From sequence record MH550421: a stretch of 64,000 nt of DNA. One strand, written 5' to 3'. Below are positions 37,354 to 49,000 of the stretch, piece by piece. Every line of letters begins with the position of its first letter. The stretch's first letter is position 1. Below the pieces are notes generated by a model that was not told the DNA's origin, made no database searches, and was given only the letters and a program-made list of their open reading frames with translations. The translations under genes and the position numbers were made by a program. This stretch comes from Enterobacteria phage T6.

Positions 37354-38078
37354 TATAGTACCTTTAGTGTATTTTTAATTTTAGAAAAAAGTTCTTCAAG
37401 AGAACCATCGTTTGTAATTACTAAATCGCCATCACGAATTGGCAATCCAGCTTCTGTAATATGTGTATCATTGGATTTTTGACCAGGACGAACTACATGA
37501 ATTACTGTAGCACCCATCGCCCTAGCCGCATCCATTTCATGATCTTGACGGGTATCAGGAACGATATAATAATCATAACCTGAGTTAAATTTATCAAGAT
37601 AATCTAAAGCAAATAATTTTACCCAGTACATGCGGTCGAAGTTATTAACAATCAAATCCGTACCTAGGGCTTGCATCAGACGACGGACTGACCATTGATC
37701 TTCAATATTATTTATAACGTCAATAATCTTGTTAAATGCTACGGAATTAACTGATTCTTGTCCTTCGTCATCAAAAACAAACACACCCTTAATTGGGCTT
37801 TTACCATTAAGATAGCAAAATGCTTGTTCCATAATCGTGATTACTTCTGATTTAGTCAGATTTAAATTAGTCTCACGATCATAGTCAATTCCTTCAAACT
37901 CTTTACGAGTTAAGCAAGGATAGTCAGTGTTTGCTGCAAATACGCCCCATGCATAAGCCAATGCATCTTTAATAGGACCAGCAAGTTGATATTTAACTGC
38001 AGAATAATTTTCCATGATAAAATCTGCAGTAGTATCTTTTCCACTACGCTTTACACCACTTAAAAAGATTAGTTTCAT
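37353..38078 (-). CDS. 1: Deoxynucleoside monophosphate kinase gp1
   Basis: 241 aa; P-loop GVKRSGKDT; matches T4 gp1 from memory. Confidence 0.93.
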
Positions 38079-38127
38079 ATGTTTCTCCTCAAATTTAGTT
38101 AAGATTATAACACATGAAACTGAAGCA

Positions 38128-38658
38128 TTAAACTTCTGCTATAATTTTGCCATCTTTTTCTACTTGAAAATACGTATAAGGAATCGTTGCTGTGCATACT
38201 AAAGCTGGGTCTGAATCTTCTGTGTAGCTAAATTCTACTTCAGACAGGTCAGAAACCCAGGGCTTATAAAAATTTATTGACATCACGATTTCAGTTTTAC
38301 TATTATCTAAAATGTAAAGCGTAATGTATTCAGGACCTGTTTTTTGGGCAGTATTTTCGCCTGTAAGATAGTTACTAGTTCCTAGCATCCATTCATACAT
38401 TCCTATCCACGACTTAAGCTCTTCATCAACTATAAATCTCACGATGAGTGGATCGTACTCAAATGTAACTCCTGGACGTTGTGCTCGGCCTAGTCCAAAC
38501 GGCCCAGTCACGGTATCGGTAACAGGTATTCTAATTCCCGGAATAGGAACTGACTGAGCATTTAAAGTAAAAGCGGATGTAGTATTACTATGTGGTATTG
38601 ATACTACAAAGTTAGTTGTATTTGCTTGGTTAAAAATTTGTTGCAGTGCTTGCGACAT
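38128..38658 (-). CDS. 3: Tail completion / sheath stabiliser gp3
   Basis: 176 aa; order and length as T4 gp3. Confidence 0.85.
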   Translation of the reverse strand: MSQALQQIFNQANTTNFVVSIPHSNTTSAFTLNAQSVPIPGIRIPVTDTVTGPFGLGRAQRPGVTFEYDPLIVRFIVDEELKSWIGMYEWMLGTSNYLTGENTAQKTGPEYITLYILDNSKTEIVMSINFYKPWVSDLSEVEFSYTEDSDPALVCTATIPYTYFQVEKDGKIIAEV

Positions 38659-38763
38659 ATATTCCTCATAATGCTTATAAATGTTGGTGGTATAATGGGT
38701 CTAAGTCCCTTCCATTCAATTCCAATTAGAACAAACAATAGAAAAGAATGGAAGATAATAGAA

Positions 38764-39588
38764 TTAGATATTTGACCAGACTTTGTTTGCAGAGAAACGT
38801 TTTCCTTTTGAAACGAACTGCTGAAGTGGCATTAACACAACGTTCGCCCAGTCTTTCGGGGCGATTTCAACAAGGCTACCCATAATATTACCGGGTATAT
38901 ATGCCTTAATCATTTGGTCTGCACCCCTAAATCCTTTCACTTGACTCCAATCAATTTTTAATTTCGTTTTATTAGTAATAGTAGGTGTATTTGAATATTG
39001 CTTTAAAAGCTCTTCTAGAAATTGCTGACGAGCTTTAGGTGGAATATAGTGCAAGTTCAATCCGTACATTAAATTATGTTTACCTAAACCAAGGTAAATT
39101 ATCAAAGGAAATTTATCCCAATAAGGAAGAGTTTCCTTGTGTTTAGCATCATAAGCAAAAGCATATATTCGTCCCGGCTGCGGGCGAACAACTTTATGTC
39201 CTTTTACTTGCTTAATAGTTTCAGCAAACCACTTTCTGGTTTTATTATTAATTGCTGCACCTTCATTACGAATTTTATCACGCAATGTTTGCCTGAATGA
39301 ATTTATCATAAGCAGTTGTCTTTCTTGCTTATTGAGTTTATTCATTGGTTTTGATTCAAGCTTTTGAATCTTTTCAGCCGTTTTAATTCCTGAAGCATAT
39401 TTTGACATTGCTGAAGTAAACGTAGAGTATTTGATTCCTCTTTCTTCGGCAAATTGCTTTCCTGTCATTCCTTTTGCTTTGGCCTTTTTGTATTCAAGAC
39501 CTATCTGAATCCATTTCTTTTCGTTTAATGATTGCTTAACCTTTGGAACTTGGGGAGTGCTTTCATTAATTATTTGAAAAATAGCCAT
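38764..39588 (-). CDS. 2: DNA end-protector protein gp2
   Basis: 274 aa; order and length as T4 gp2. Confidence 0.85.
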   Translation of the reverse strand: MAIFQIINESTPQVPKVKQSLNEKKWIQIGLEYKKAKAKGMTGKQFAEERGIKYSTFTSAMSKYASGIKTAEKIQKLESKPMNKLNKQERQLLMINSFRQTLRDKIRNEGAAINNKTRKWFAETIKQVKGHKVVRPQPGRIYAFAYDAKHKETLPYWDKFPLIIYLGLGKHNLMYGLNLHYIPPKARQQFLEELLKQYSNTPTITNKTKLKIDWSQVKGFRGADQMIKAYIPGNIMGSLVEIAPKDWANVVLMPLQQFVSKGKRFSANKVWSNI

Positions 39589-40040
39589 TATGCCCCCTTA
39601 AAGCCAAGAGCTCGTAATCCATCTTCTGTTAGAATTCTAAATTTTATTCCACGCTTTTCAGCTAAAGCTTGCGCTGCTTTCCATTTGTCAGTATTAACAG
39701 AATATGTATAAATTTCATTCATAAATCTTTTCTTCGCTGCAGTTGTTAGATGTGCTGGTTTAACTGGTGGTTGTGTTTCTTTTTTAGGTTTTATTTCAAT
39801 AAAAAATTCTTGTCCAGAAGAATCTTTCATCCAAATATCCATGAAGTATCTACGTTTTTTCCCTTCTGCATTACAAAAATAAGGAATTACTGCTGTTTCA
39901 CTACCCCATGCAATAATTTCTGGATTTTTATCTAACCATTCAAAAAAGAATTTTTCCCAATTTGATCTATACGTAATTTTTTTAGGGTCACCTCTATATT
40001 TTGATATATTTTTAGGAACCCATTTTCCAGAATATGCCAT
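39588..40040 (-). CDS. 4: Head completion protein gp4
   Basis: 150 aa; order and length as T4 gp4. Confidence 0.85.
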   Translation of the reverse strand: MAYSGKWVPKNISKYRGDPKKITYRSNWEKFFFEWLDKNPEIIAWGSETAVIPYFCNAEGKKRRYFMDIWMKDSSGQEFFIEIKPKKETQPPVKPAHLTTAAKKRFMNEIYTYSVNTDKWKAAQALAEKRGIKFRILTEDGLRALGFKGA

Positions 40041-40051
40041 TGGATTCTCCT

Positions 40052-40059
40052 TATAAATA
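40052..40059 (+). promoter_or_regulatory. T4 late promoter box TATAAATA (gene 53)
   Basis: Exact TATAAATA on the plus strand 29 nt upstream of the gp53 ATG. Confidence 0.6.
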
Positions 40060-40066
40060 GATAATA

Positions 40067-40074
40067 TATTTATA
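40067..40074 (-). promoter_or_regulatory. T4 late promoter box TATAAATA (genes 4-2-3), divergent from the gene 53 promoter
   Basis: Exact TATAAATA on the minus strand 27 nt upstream of the gp4 start. Confidence 0.55.
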
Positions 40075-40087
40075 AACAGGAGGGCCC

Positions 40088-40678
40088 ATGCTCTTTACAT
40101 TTTTTGATCCGATTGAATATGCGGCCAAAACGGTGAATAAAAACGCGCCGACTATTCCTATGACAGATATTTTTAGAAACTATAAAGACTATTTCAAACG
40201 TGCTCTTGCGGGATACCGCTTACGTACTTATTATATTAAAGGTTCACCACGCCCGGAAGAATTAGCAAATGCTATATATGGAAATCCGCAGTTGTATTGG
40301 GTTTTATTGATGTGTAATGATAATTATGATCCGTATTATGGATGGATTACTTCGCAAGAAGCTGCTTATCAAGCATCTATACAAAAATACAAAAACGTAG
40401 GTGGAGACCAAATAGTATATCATGTGAACGAGAACGGTGAAAAATTTTATAATTTAATATCATATGATGATAACCCATATGTTTGGTATGACAAAGGTGA
40501 TAAAGCTAGAAAATATCCTCAATATGAAGGAGCACTTGCTGCGGTCGATACGTATGAAGCTGCTGTTCTTGAAAATGAAAAACTTCGTCAAATAAAAATA
40601 ATAGCAAAATCAGACATTAATTCATTTATGAACGACCTTATACGTATAATGGAGAAATCTTATGGAAATGATAAGTAA
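40088..40678 (+). CDS. 53: Baseplate wedge protein gp53
   Basis: 196 aa; order and length as T4 gp53. Confidence 0.88.
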   Translation: MLFTFFDPIEYAAKTVNKNAPTIPMTDIFRNYKDYFKRALAGYRLRTYYIKGSPRPEELANAIYGNPQLYWVLLMCNDNYDPYYGWITSQEAAYQASIQKYKNVGGDQIVYHVNENGEKFYNLISYDDNPYVWYDKGDKARKYPQYEGALAAVDTYEAAVLENEKLRQIKIIAKSDINSFMNDLIRIMEKSYGNDK

Positions 40679-42392
40679 TAACCTCAATTGGTTTGTTGGT
40701 GTTGTTGAAGATAGAATGGACCCATTAAAATTAGGTCGTGTTCGTGTTCGTGTGGTTGGTCTGCATCCACCTCAAAGAGCACAAGGCGACGTAATGGGTA
40801 TTCCAACTGATAAATTACCATGGATGTCAGTTATTCAACCTATAACTTCTGCAGCAATGTCTGGAATTGGAGGCTCCGTTACTGGTCCGGTAGAAGGAAC
40901 TAGAGTTTATGGTCATTTTTTAGACAAATGGAAAACTAACGGAATTGTCCTTGGCACGTATGGTGGAATAGTTCGCGAAAAGCCTAATAGACTTGAAGGA
41001 TTTTCTGACCCGACTGGACAGTATCCTAGACGTCTAGGAAATGATACTAACGTATTAAACCAAGGCGGAGAAGTAGGATATGATTCGTCTTCTAATATTA
41101 TCCAAGACAGTAATCTAGATACTGCAATAAATCCTGATGATAGACCGTTATCAGAAATTCCAACTGATGATAATCCAAATATGTCAATGGCTGAAATGCT
41201 TCGCCGTGATGAAGGATTAAGACTAAAAGTTTATTGGGATACTGAAGGATATCCGACAATTGGTATTGGTCATCTTATCATGAAGCAACCAGTTCGTGAT
41301 ATGACCCAAATTAATAAAGTTTTATCAAAACAAGTTGGTCGTGAAATTACTGGAAACCCAGGTTCTATTACAATGGAAGAAGCGGTAGCTTTATTTGAAC
41401 GTGATTTGGCTGATATGCAACGGGACATTAAATCACATTCTAAAGTAGGACCAGTCTGGCAAGCTGTCAACCGTTCTCGTCAAATGGCGTTAGAAAATAT
41501 GGCATTTCAAATGGGTGTTGGCGGTGTAGCTAAATTTAACACAATGTTAACTGCTATGTTAGCAGGAGATTGGGAAAAAGCATATAAAGCTGGTCGTGAT
41601 TCATTGTGGTATCAACAAACAAAAGGCCGTGCATCCCGTGTTACCATGATTATTCTTACGGGAAATTTGGAATCATATGGTGTTGAAGTGAAAACCCCAG
41701 CTAGGTCTCTATCAGCAATGGCTGCTACTGTAGCTAAATCTTCTGACCCTGCTGATCCTCCTATTCCAAATGACTCGAGAATTTTATTCAAAGAACCAGT
41801 TTCTTCATATAAAGGTGAATATCCTTATGTGCATACAATGGAAACTGAAAGCGGACATATTCAGGAATTTGATGATACCCCTGGGCAAGAACGATATAGA
41901 CTAGTTCATCCGACTGGAACATATGAGGAAGTATCACCGTCAGGAAGAAGAACAAGAAAAACAGTCGATAATTTGTATGATATAACCAACGCTGATGGTA
42001 ATTTTTTGGTAGCTGGCGATAAAAAGACTAACGTCGGTGGATCAGAAATTTATTACAACATGGATAATCGTCTCCACCAAATAGATGGAAGCAATACAAT
42101 ATTTGTGCGTGGCGATGAAACTAAGACGGTTGAAGGTAATGGAACTATCCTAGTAAAAGGTAATGTTACTATTGTAGTTGAAGGTAATGCTGACATTACA
42201 GTTAAAGGAGATGCTACCACTTTAGTTGAAGGAAATCAGACTAATACAGTAAATGGAAATCTTTCTTGGAAAGTTGCCGGGACAGTTGATTGGGACGTTG
42301 GTGGTGATTGGACAGAAAAAATGGCATCTATGAGTTCTATTTCATCTGGTCAATACACAATTGATGGTAGCCGTATAGACGTAGGTTTATAA
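40662..42392 (+). CDS. 5: Baseplate hub + tail lysozyme gp5 (cell-puncturing device)
   Basis: 576 aa; N-terminal OB domain, internal T4-lysozyme-like domain (MLRRDEGLRLKVYWDTEGYPTIGIGHL), C-terminal VxGxxT beta-helix repeats. Confidence 0.95.
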   Translation: MEMISNNLNWFVGVVEDRMDPLKLGRVRVRVVGLHPPQRAQGDVMGIPTDKLPWMSVIQPITSAAMSGIGGSVTGPVEGTRVYGHFLDKWKTNGIVLGTYGGIVREKPNRLEGFSDPTGQYPRRLGNDTNVLNQGGEVGYDSSSNIIQDSNLDTAINPDDRPLSEIPTDDNPNMSMAEMLRRDEGLRLKVYWDTEGYPTIGIGHLIMKQPVRDMTQINKVLSKQVGREITGNPGSITMEEAVALFERDLADMQRDIKSHSKVGPVWQAVNRSRQMALENMAFQMGVGGVAKFNTMLTAMLAGDWEKAYKAGRDSLWYQQTKGRASRVTMIILTGNLESYGVEVKTPARSLSAMAATVAKSSDPADPPIPNDSRILFKEPVSSYKGEYPYVHTMETESGHIQEFDDTPGQERYRLVHPTGTYEEVSPSGRRTRKTVDNLYDITNADGNFLVAGDKKTNVGGSEIYYNMDNRLHQIDGSNTIFVRGDETKTVEGNGTILVKGNVTIVVEGNADITVKGDATTLVEGNQTNTVNGNLSWKVAGTVDWDVGGDWTEKMASMSSISSGQYTIDGSRIDVGL

Positions 42393-42395
42393 ATA
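42388..42395 (+). promoter_or_regulatory. T4 late promoter box TATAAATA overlapping the gene 5 stop
   Basis: Exact TATAAATA 17 nt upstream of the GIY-YIG ORF start. Confidence 0.5.
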
Positions 42396-42411
42396 ATTCC
42401 AGAGGTGAATT

Positions 42412-43278
42412 ATGAAAAAATCTAACACAGTTCAATTTAGATACATATATAAAACAACCGTTACTAATCCGAAAGGATTAGTACGGGTTTATATTGGTAA
42501 ACATGAATCTAGATATTTTGATTTAGAAAATGATAAGTATAGAGGTTCCGGTGATTATATTAAAAAGATACGTAATAAACCTGGTTATAAAATAGATTTT
42601 GAAATAATTGAATTTGTTTCTACTTATGAAATTCTCAATTCAAGAGAAAGATATTGGATTTCGAAATATAAATCATCTGATATTCTATGTACCAATATAA
42701 AATCCGGCGGTGATGGTTTTTCATCTGAAGATTTGAAGAGAATGTGGTCTAATCCTGAATATAGGAAAGCTCAATTGAAGGCATTAGCTAAATCAACGTC
42801 AACTAAAGAATTTTCAGAGAAAATATCTAAAATAAACAAAGAAAGATGCGCATCGCCAGAATATCGAAAGAAAATGAGTAATGCGATGAAAACTGCTTTT
42901 GAAAATGATCCAACATTAAAAATTCGTATTTCTAATACCGTTAAATCTTTATGGAAATCCGATGAATATAGAAACAAATTAATCAATCATCCAGGAAAAA
43001 TAGAAGGAACGAAACAATCATGGAATGATCCTTTGATAAGAAAATCGAGATTAGATGCTAGAAATAAAAAACTAAGATCAGTTGAACCTTGGATTAGTAT
43101 AGAAAAAGTCAAAAAACTTTGGGAGGATTTGGGAAAACCACATCCACAGAAATACAAATGGTTTAGAGAAAAAGCAATTGAACACGACCTCCCGGATGTA
43201 AGTTATAACGCAATTTTAAAAGCGTTGAAAAAATGTGATTATAAATTTACATCATTAGAGAATTCAACAATTGGCTAA
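42412..43278 (+). CDS. GIY-YIG homing endonuclease (seg-like), between genes 5 and 5.4
   Basis: 288 aa; N-terminal FRYIYKTTVTNPKGLVRVYIGKHES and Lys-rich C-terminal half with WS/WN repeats. Confidence 0.75.
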   Translation: MKKSNTVQFRYIYKTTVTNPKGLVRVYIGKHESRYFDLENDKYRGSGDYIKKIRNKPGYKIDFEIIEFVSTYEILNSRERYWISKYKSSDILCTNIKSGGDGFSSEDLKRMWSNPEYRKAQLKALAKSTSTKEFSEKISKINKERCASPEYRKKMSNAMKTAFENDPTLKIRISNTVKSLWKSDEYRNKLINHPGKIEGTKQSWNDPLIRKSRLDARNKKLRSVEPWISIEKVKKLWEDLGKPHPQKYKWFREKAIEHDLPDVSYNAILKALKKCDYKFTSLENSTIG

Positions 43279-43807
43279 TATACTTCCAATGAGCGCTGAT
43301 TTAGGAGAATCCATGGAAGGTTCTTCTATCGACGTCACCTTTACCGCTCAATTAGAAACAGGTGAAACGTTAGTATCTATAAATATAACTAGTTACGAAG
43401 AAACTCCTGGGGTTTTAGTAGAAGAAAATCGCTTATATGGAACATATGAATCTGTGTTTGGATTTGGAAATGACGCGTTGAAATATCGTTTAGGCGATGA
43501 ATTTAAAACTGCTGCTTCATGGGAAGAACTTCCCACTGATTCTGACACTCAGTTGTATTTGTGGAAAGCTCCTCAGAATCTCCAGAAGACATTCACTTAC
43601 GAAGTAACATTAATATATGACTACCAAGAACAAAGTGAATCTGGGGGTTCTGGCAGTAATTCTAGGTCATCTTCTGATACTACTGAACCAACGGATCCTC
43701 CTGCTCCAGTAAGAAAAACTCTCGTTAAAAATTATACTAAAACTATAGTTGGAAATTGGAGCCGTTGGGCTAATAAATTGAGAAGCTATGTGTATGAGAG
43801 GCCATAA
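43271..43807 (+). CDS. Hypothetical protein (baseplate-region ORF)
   Basis: 178 aa ORF between the endonuclease gene and gene 5.4. Confidence 0.55.
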
Positions 43808-44101
43808 ATGTCAGGATTAAGTTATGATAAGTGTGTTACTGCTGGACATGAAGCGTGGCCTCCAACAGTTGTGAATGCTACGCAAAGTAAAGTATTCACT
43901 GGAGGAATTGCTGTTCTAGTAGCAGGCGATCCAATTACAGAACATACAGAAATTAAAAAGCCATATGAAACACATGGCGGAGTGACACAACCTAGAACTT
44001 CTAAGGTATATGTCACTGGAAAGAAAGCTGTTCAAATGGCTGATCCAATATCATGCGGTGATACTGTGGCTCAGGCATCATCTAAAGTATTCATTAAATA
44101 G
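43808..44101 (+). CDS. 5.4: Spike-tip protein gp5.4 (PAAR-like)
   Basis: 97 aa; [46 protein letters not shown]... Confidence 0.85.
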
Positions 44102-44109
44102 GATTTAAA

Positions 44110-46092
44110 ATGGCAAATACCCCTGTAAATTATCAATTAACAAGAACAGCAAATGCTATTCCCGAGATATTCGTCGGGGGTACGTTTGCTGAAATAAAAC
44201 AAAACCTCATTGAATGGCTTAATGGCCAAAATGAATTTTTGGATTATGATTTTGAAGGCTCAAGATTAAACGTTCTGTGTGACCTTTTAGCTTATAATAC
44301 ATTGTACATTCAACAGTTTGGTAATGCTGCTGTGTATGAAAGCTTTATGCGTACTGCTAACTTACGAAGTTCAGTTGTTCAAGCTGCACAAGATAACGGA
44401 TATTTACCTACTTCAAAATCCGCTGCGCAGACCGAAATTATGTTAACATGCACTGACGCATTGAATAGGAATTACATTACAATTCCTCGCGGAACTCGCT
44501 TTTTAGCATATGCAAAAGATACTTCTGTTAATCCATATAACTTCGTTTCTACCGAAGACGTTATTGCTATTCGTGATAAAAATAACCAATATTTTCCGCG
44601 TTTAAAATTGGCCCAGGGACGTATAGTAAGAACTGAAATCATTTATGATAAATTAACACCTATTATCATTTATGATAAAAATATTGATAGAAACCAGGTT
44701 AAATTATATGTTGATGGAGCGGAATGGATTAACTGGACGAGAAAGTCAATGGTTCATGCTGGTTCAACATCAACGATTTATTATATGCGTGAAACTATTG
44801 ATGGAAACACTGAATTCTATTTTGGCGAAGGTGAAATTTCTGTTAATGCTTCTGAAGGAGCTTTGACCGCTAATTATATCGGAGGTCTTAAACCTACTCA
44901 GAACTCTACGATTGTTATTGAGTACATTAGTACTAATGGTGCTGACGCGAACGGAGCAGTCGGATTTTCATACGCAGATACATTAACAAATATAACTGTC
45001 ATCAATATTAATGAAAATCCAAACGGTGACCCAGATTTTGTTGGGGCAGATGGTGGCGGTGATCCAGAAGATATTGAGCGTATTCGCGAATTGGGTACTA
45101 TTAAACGCGAAACCCAACAACGATGCGTAACTGCGACTGACTATGATACATTCGTTTCAGAGAGATTCGGTTCTATTATTCAAGCTGTTCAGACTTTCAC
45201 TGATTCTACTAAACCTGGGTATGCATTTATTGCTGCTAAACCTAAATCAGGATTGTATTTAACTACTGTACAACGTGAAGATATTAAAAATTATCTCAAA
45301 GACTATAATTTAGCTCCTATTACGCCATCAATTATTTCTCCTAATTATCTTTTTATTAAGACTAATTTAAAAGTCACATATGCTTTAAATAAACTGCAAG
45401 AATCCGAGCAGTGGCTTGAAGGTCAAATAATTGATAAAATTGATCGCTATTATACCGAAGATGTAGAAATTTTTAACTCATCTTTCGCTAAATCTAAGAT
45501 GTTGACATACGTAGATGATGCAGATCATTCTGTCATTGGTTCATCAGCGACTATTCAAATGGTTCGTGAAGTACAAAACTTCTATAAAACGCCTGAAGCG
45601 GGTATTAAATACAATAATCAAATAAAAGATCGTTCTATGGAATCTAATACGTTTTCATTTAATTCTGGACGAAAGGTTGTAAATCCTGATACTGGTTTAG
45701 AAGAAGATGTATTATATGACGTTCGTATAGTATCAACAGACCGAGATTCTAAAGGAATTGGTAAAGTTATTATTGGTCCATTTGCTTCTGGCGATGTTAC
45801 AGAAAATGAAAACATTCAGCCGTATACAGGCAACGATTTTAACAAATTAGCAAATTCTGATGGACGCGACAAATACTATGTTATCGGTGAAATAAATTAT
45901 CCGGCTGACATGATTTATTGGAATATCGCTAAAATTAATTTAACATCTGAAAAATTTGAAGTTCAGACCATTGAATTATATTCTGACCCAACCGATGATG
46001 TTATCTTTACTCGCGACGGTTCACTGATTGTATTTGAAAATGATTTACGTCCGCAATACTTAACTATCGATTTGGAGCCTATATCACAATGA
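44110..46092 (+). CDS. 6: Baseplate wedge protein gp6
   Basis: 660 aa; order and length as T4 gp6. Confidence 0.92.
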   Translation: MANTPVNYQLTRTANAIPEIFVGGTFAEIKQNLIEWLNGQNEFLDYDFEGSRLNVLCDLLAYNTLYIQQFGNAAVYESFMRTANLRSSVVQAAQDNGYLPTSKSAAQTEIMLTCTDALNRNYITIPRGTRFLAYAKDTSVNPYNFVSTEDVIAIRDKNNQYFPRLKLAQGRIVRTEIIYDKLTPIIIYDKNIDRNQVKLYVDGAEWINWTRKSMVHAGSTSTIYYMRETIDGNTEFYFGEGEISVNASEGALTANYIGGLKPTQNSTIVIEYISTNGADANGAVGFSYADTLTNITVININENPNGDPDFVGADGGGDPEDIERIRELGTIKRETQQRCVTATDYDTFVSERFGSIIQAVQTFTDSTKPGYAFIAAKPKSGLYLTTVQREDIKNYLKDYNLAPITPSIISPNYLFIKTNLKVTYALNKLQESEQWLEGQIIDKIDRYYTEDVEIFNSSFAKSKMLTYVDDADHSVIGSSATIQMVREVQNFYKTPEAGIKYNNQIKDRSMESNTFSFNSGRKVVNPDTGLEEDVLYDVRIVSTDRDSKGIGKVIIGPFASGDVTENENIQPYTGNDFNKLANSDGRDKYYVIGEINYPADMIYWNIAKINLTSEKFEVQTIELYSDPTDDVIFTRDGSLIVFENDLRPQYLTIDLEPISQ

Positions 46093-49000
46093 CAGTAAAA
46101 GCACCTTCAGTCACTAGTCTCAGAATTTCCAAGTTATCCGCAAATCAGGTGCAAGTACGCTGGGATGACGTTGGTGCTAATTTCTACTATTTTGTAGAAA
46201 TCGCTGAGACAAAAACAAACTCGGGGGAAAAACTCCCGAGTAATCAATATAAATGGATTAATTTAGGATATACAGCAAATAATAGTTTCTTTTTTGATGA
46301 TGCTGATCCATTAACAACATACATTATTAGAGTAGCCACAGCTGCGCAAGATTTTGAGCAGTCTGATTGGATTTATACTGAAGAGTTTGAAACTTTTGCT
46401 ACAAATGCTTATACATTTCAAAACATGATTGAAATGCAATTAGCCAATAAATTCATTCAGGAAAAATTTACTCTTAATAATTCTGATTATGTTAATTTTA
46501 ACAATGACACTATAATGGCTGCATTGATGAATGAATCATTTCAATTCAGCCCATCATATGTTGACGTTTCATCAATAAGTAATTTTATTATTGGTGAAAA
46601 TGAGTATCATGAAATACAGGGTTCTATTCAGCAAGTATGTAAGGATATTAACCGAGTTTATTTGATGGAATCAGAAGGGATTCTATACCTTTTCGAGCGT
46701 TATCAACCTGTAGTTAAAGTATCTAATGATAAAGGACAAACCTGGAAAGCTGTAAAGCTCTTCAATGACCGCGTAGGATATCCTTTATCTAAGACAGTAT
46801 ATTACCAATCTGCAAACACAACATACGTTCTAGGATACGACAAGATCTTCTATGGCCGTAAATCAACTGATGTTAGATGGTCAGCTGATGATGTCAGATT
46901 TAGTTCGCAGGATATAACATTTGCTAAACTTGGCGACCAATTACATCTAGGATTTGATGTAGAAATTTTTGCCACTTATGCGACTTTACCAGCGAATGTA
47001 TACCGCATTGCAGAAGCTATTACTTGCACCGATGATTACATTTACGTTGTCGCCAGAGACAAAGTTAGATACATAAAAACGAGTAATGCACCTATAGATT
47101 CGGATCCATTATCTCCAACATATTCGGAAAGACTTTTTGAACCTGATACTATGACTATAACCGGAAATCCTAAAGCAGTATGCTATAAAATGGATTCTAT
47201 CGGTGATAAAGTTTTTGCTCTTATTATTGGTGAAGTTGAAACATTAAATGCCAATCCGAGAACTTCAAAAATAATTGATTCTGCTGATAAAGGAATATAT
47301 GTTTTAAATCATGACGAAAAAACATGGAAAAGAGTTTTTGGCAACACTGAAGAAGAAAGAAGACGTATTCAACCCGGATATGCGAATATGTCAACTGACG
47401 GTAAATTAGTTTCTCTATCATCGAGTAATTTTAAATTTTTAAGTGATAACGTTGTTAATGACCCTGAAACTGCAGCAAAATATCAGTTAATCGGTGCTGT
47501 TAAATATGAATTTCCTCGTGAATGGTTAGCTGATAAGCATTATCATATGATGGCATTTATAGCGGATGAAAAATCTGATTGGGAGACTTTTACTCCTCAA
47601 CCAATGAAATACTACGCAGAACCGTTTTTTAACTGGTCTAAAAAATCTAACACACGCTGTTGGATAAACAACTCTAATAGAGCTGTAGTAGTTTATGCTG
47701 ATTTAAAATACACTAAAGTTATAGAAAATATTCCGGAAACATCACCAGATAGATTAGTTCATGAATACTGGGATGATGGTGATTGCACTATAGTAATGCC
47801 AAATGTTAAATTCACTGGATTTAAAAAATATGCATCAGGAATGCTTTTCTATAAAGCCTCTGGTGAAATAATTTCTTACTATGATTTTAACTATCGTGTG
47901 AGAGATACAGTAGAAATTATTTGGAAGCCGACTGGAGTATTTTTAAAAGCATTTTTACAAAACCAAGAGCATGAGACTCCTTGGTCACCAGAAGAAGAGC
48001 ATGGATTAGCTGATCCTGATTTAAGACCATTAATTGGCACAATGATGCCTGATTCTTATTTGTTGCAGGATTCGAATTTTGAGGCATTTTGCGAAGCATA
48101 TATTCAGTATCTTTCTGATGGATATGGAACTCAGTATAACAATTTACGAAATTTAATTCGTAACAAATATCCACGAGAAGAGCATGCATGGGAATATTTG
48201 TGGTCAGAGATATATAAAAGAAACATTTATTTAAATGCTGACAAACGCGATGCTGTTGCAAGATTTTTCGAATCACGTAGCTATGATTTTTATTCTACTA
48301 AAGGAATTGAAGCATCATACAAATTTCTTTTTAAAGTTCTTTATAATGAAGAGGTTGAAATTGAAATTGAATCTGGGGCTGGTACTGAATATGATATAAT
48401 CGTTCAATCTGATTCTTTGACCGAAGACTTAGTAGGACAAACGATTTATACAGCCACAGGAAGATGTAATGTTACTTATATAGAAAGAAGCTATTCTAAT
48501 GGTAAATTGCAATGGACCGTAACTATTCATAATCTTTTGGGAAGATTGATTGCCGGTCAAGAAGTTAAAGCAGAAAGACTTCCTAGTTTTGAAGGCGAAA
48601 TTATTCGTGGGGTTAAAGGAAAGGATTTGCTTCAAAATAATATAGACTATATTAATAGAAGTCGATCATATTATGTAATGAAAATTAAATCCAATTTACC
48701 TTCTTCCCGCTGGAAATCTGACGTTATTCGTTTTGTTCATCCAGTAGGATTTGGATTTATAGCAATTACCCTTTTAACGATGTTTATTAATGTTGGTTTA
48801 ACTCTTAAACATACAGAGACCATAATTAATAAATACAAAAACTATAAATGGGATTCTGGATTGCCTACTGAATATGCTGATAGAGTAGCTAAATTAACTC
48901 CAACCGGTGAAATTGAGCATGATTCAGTAACAGGCGAAGCAATTTATGAGCCTGGCCCAATGGCTGGCGTAGAATATCCTCTTCCTGATGACTATAATGC

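Noticed and set aside
47224-48635. Several minus-strand ORFs (47224-47421, 47917-48276, 48429-48635) inside gene 7
   Set aside because: Antisense to a well-supported 1032-aa structural gene; typical AT-rich frame noise.
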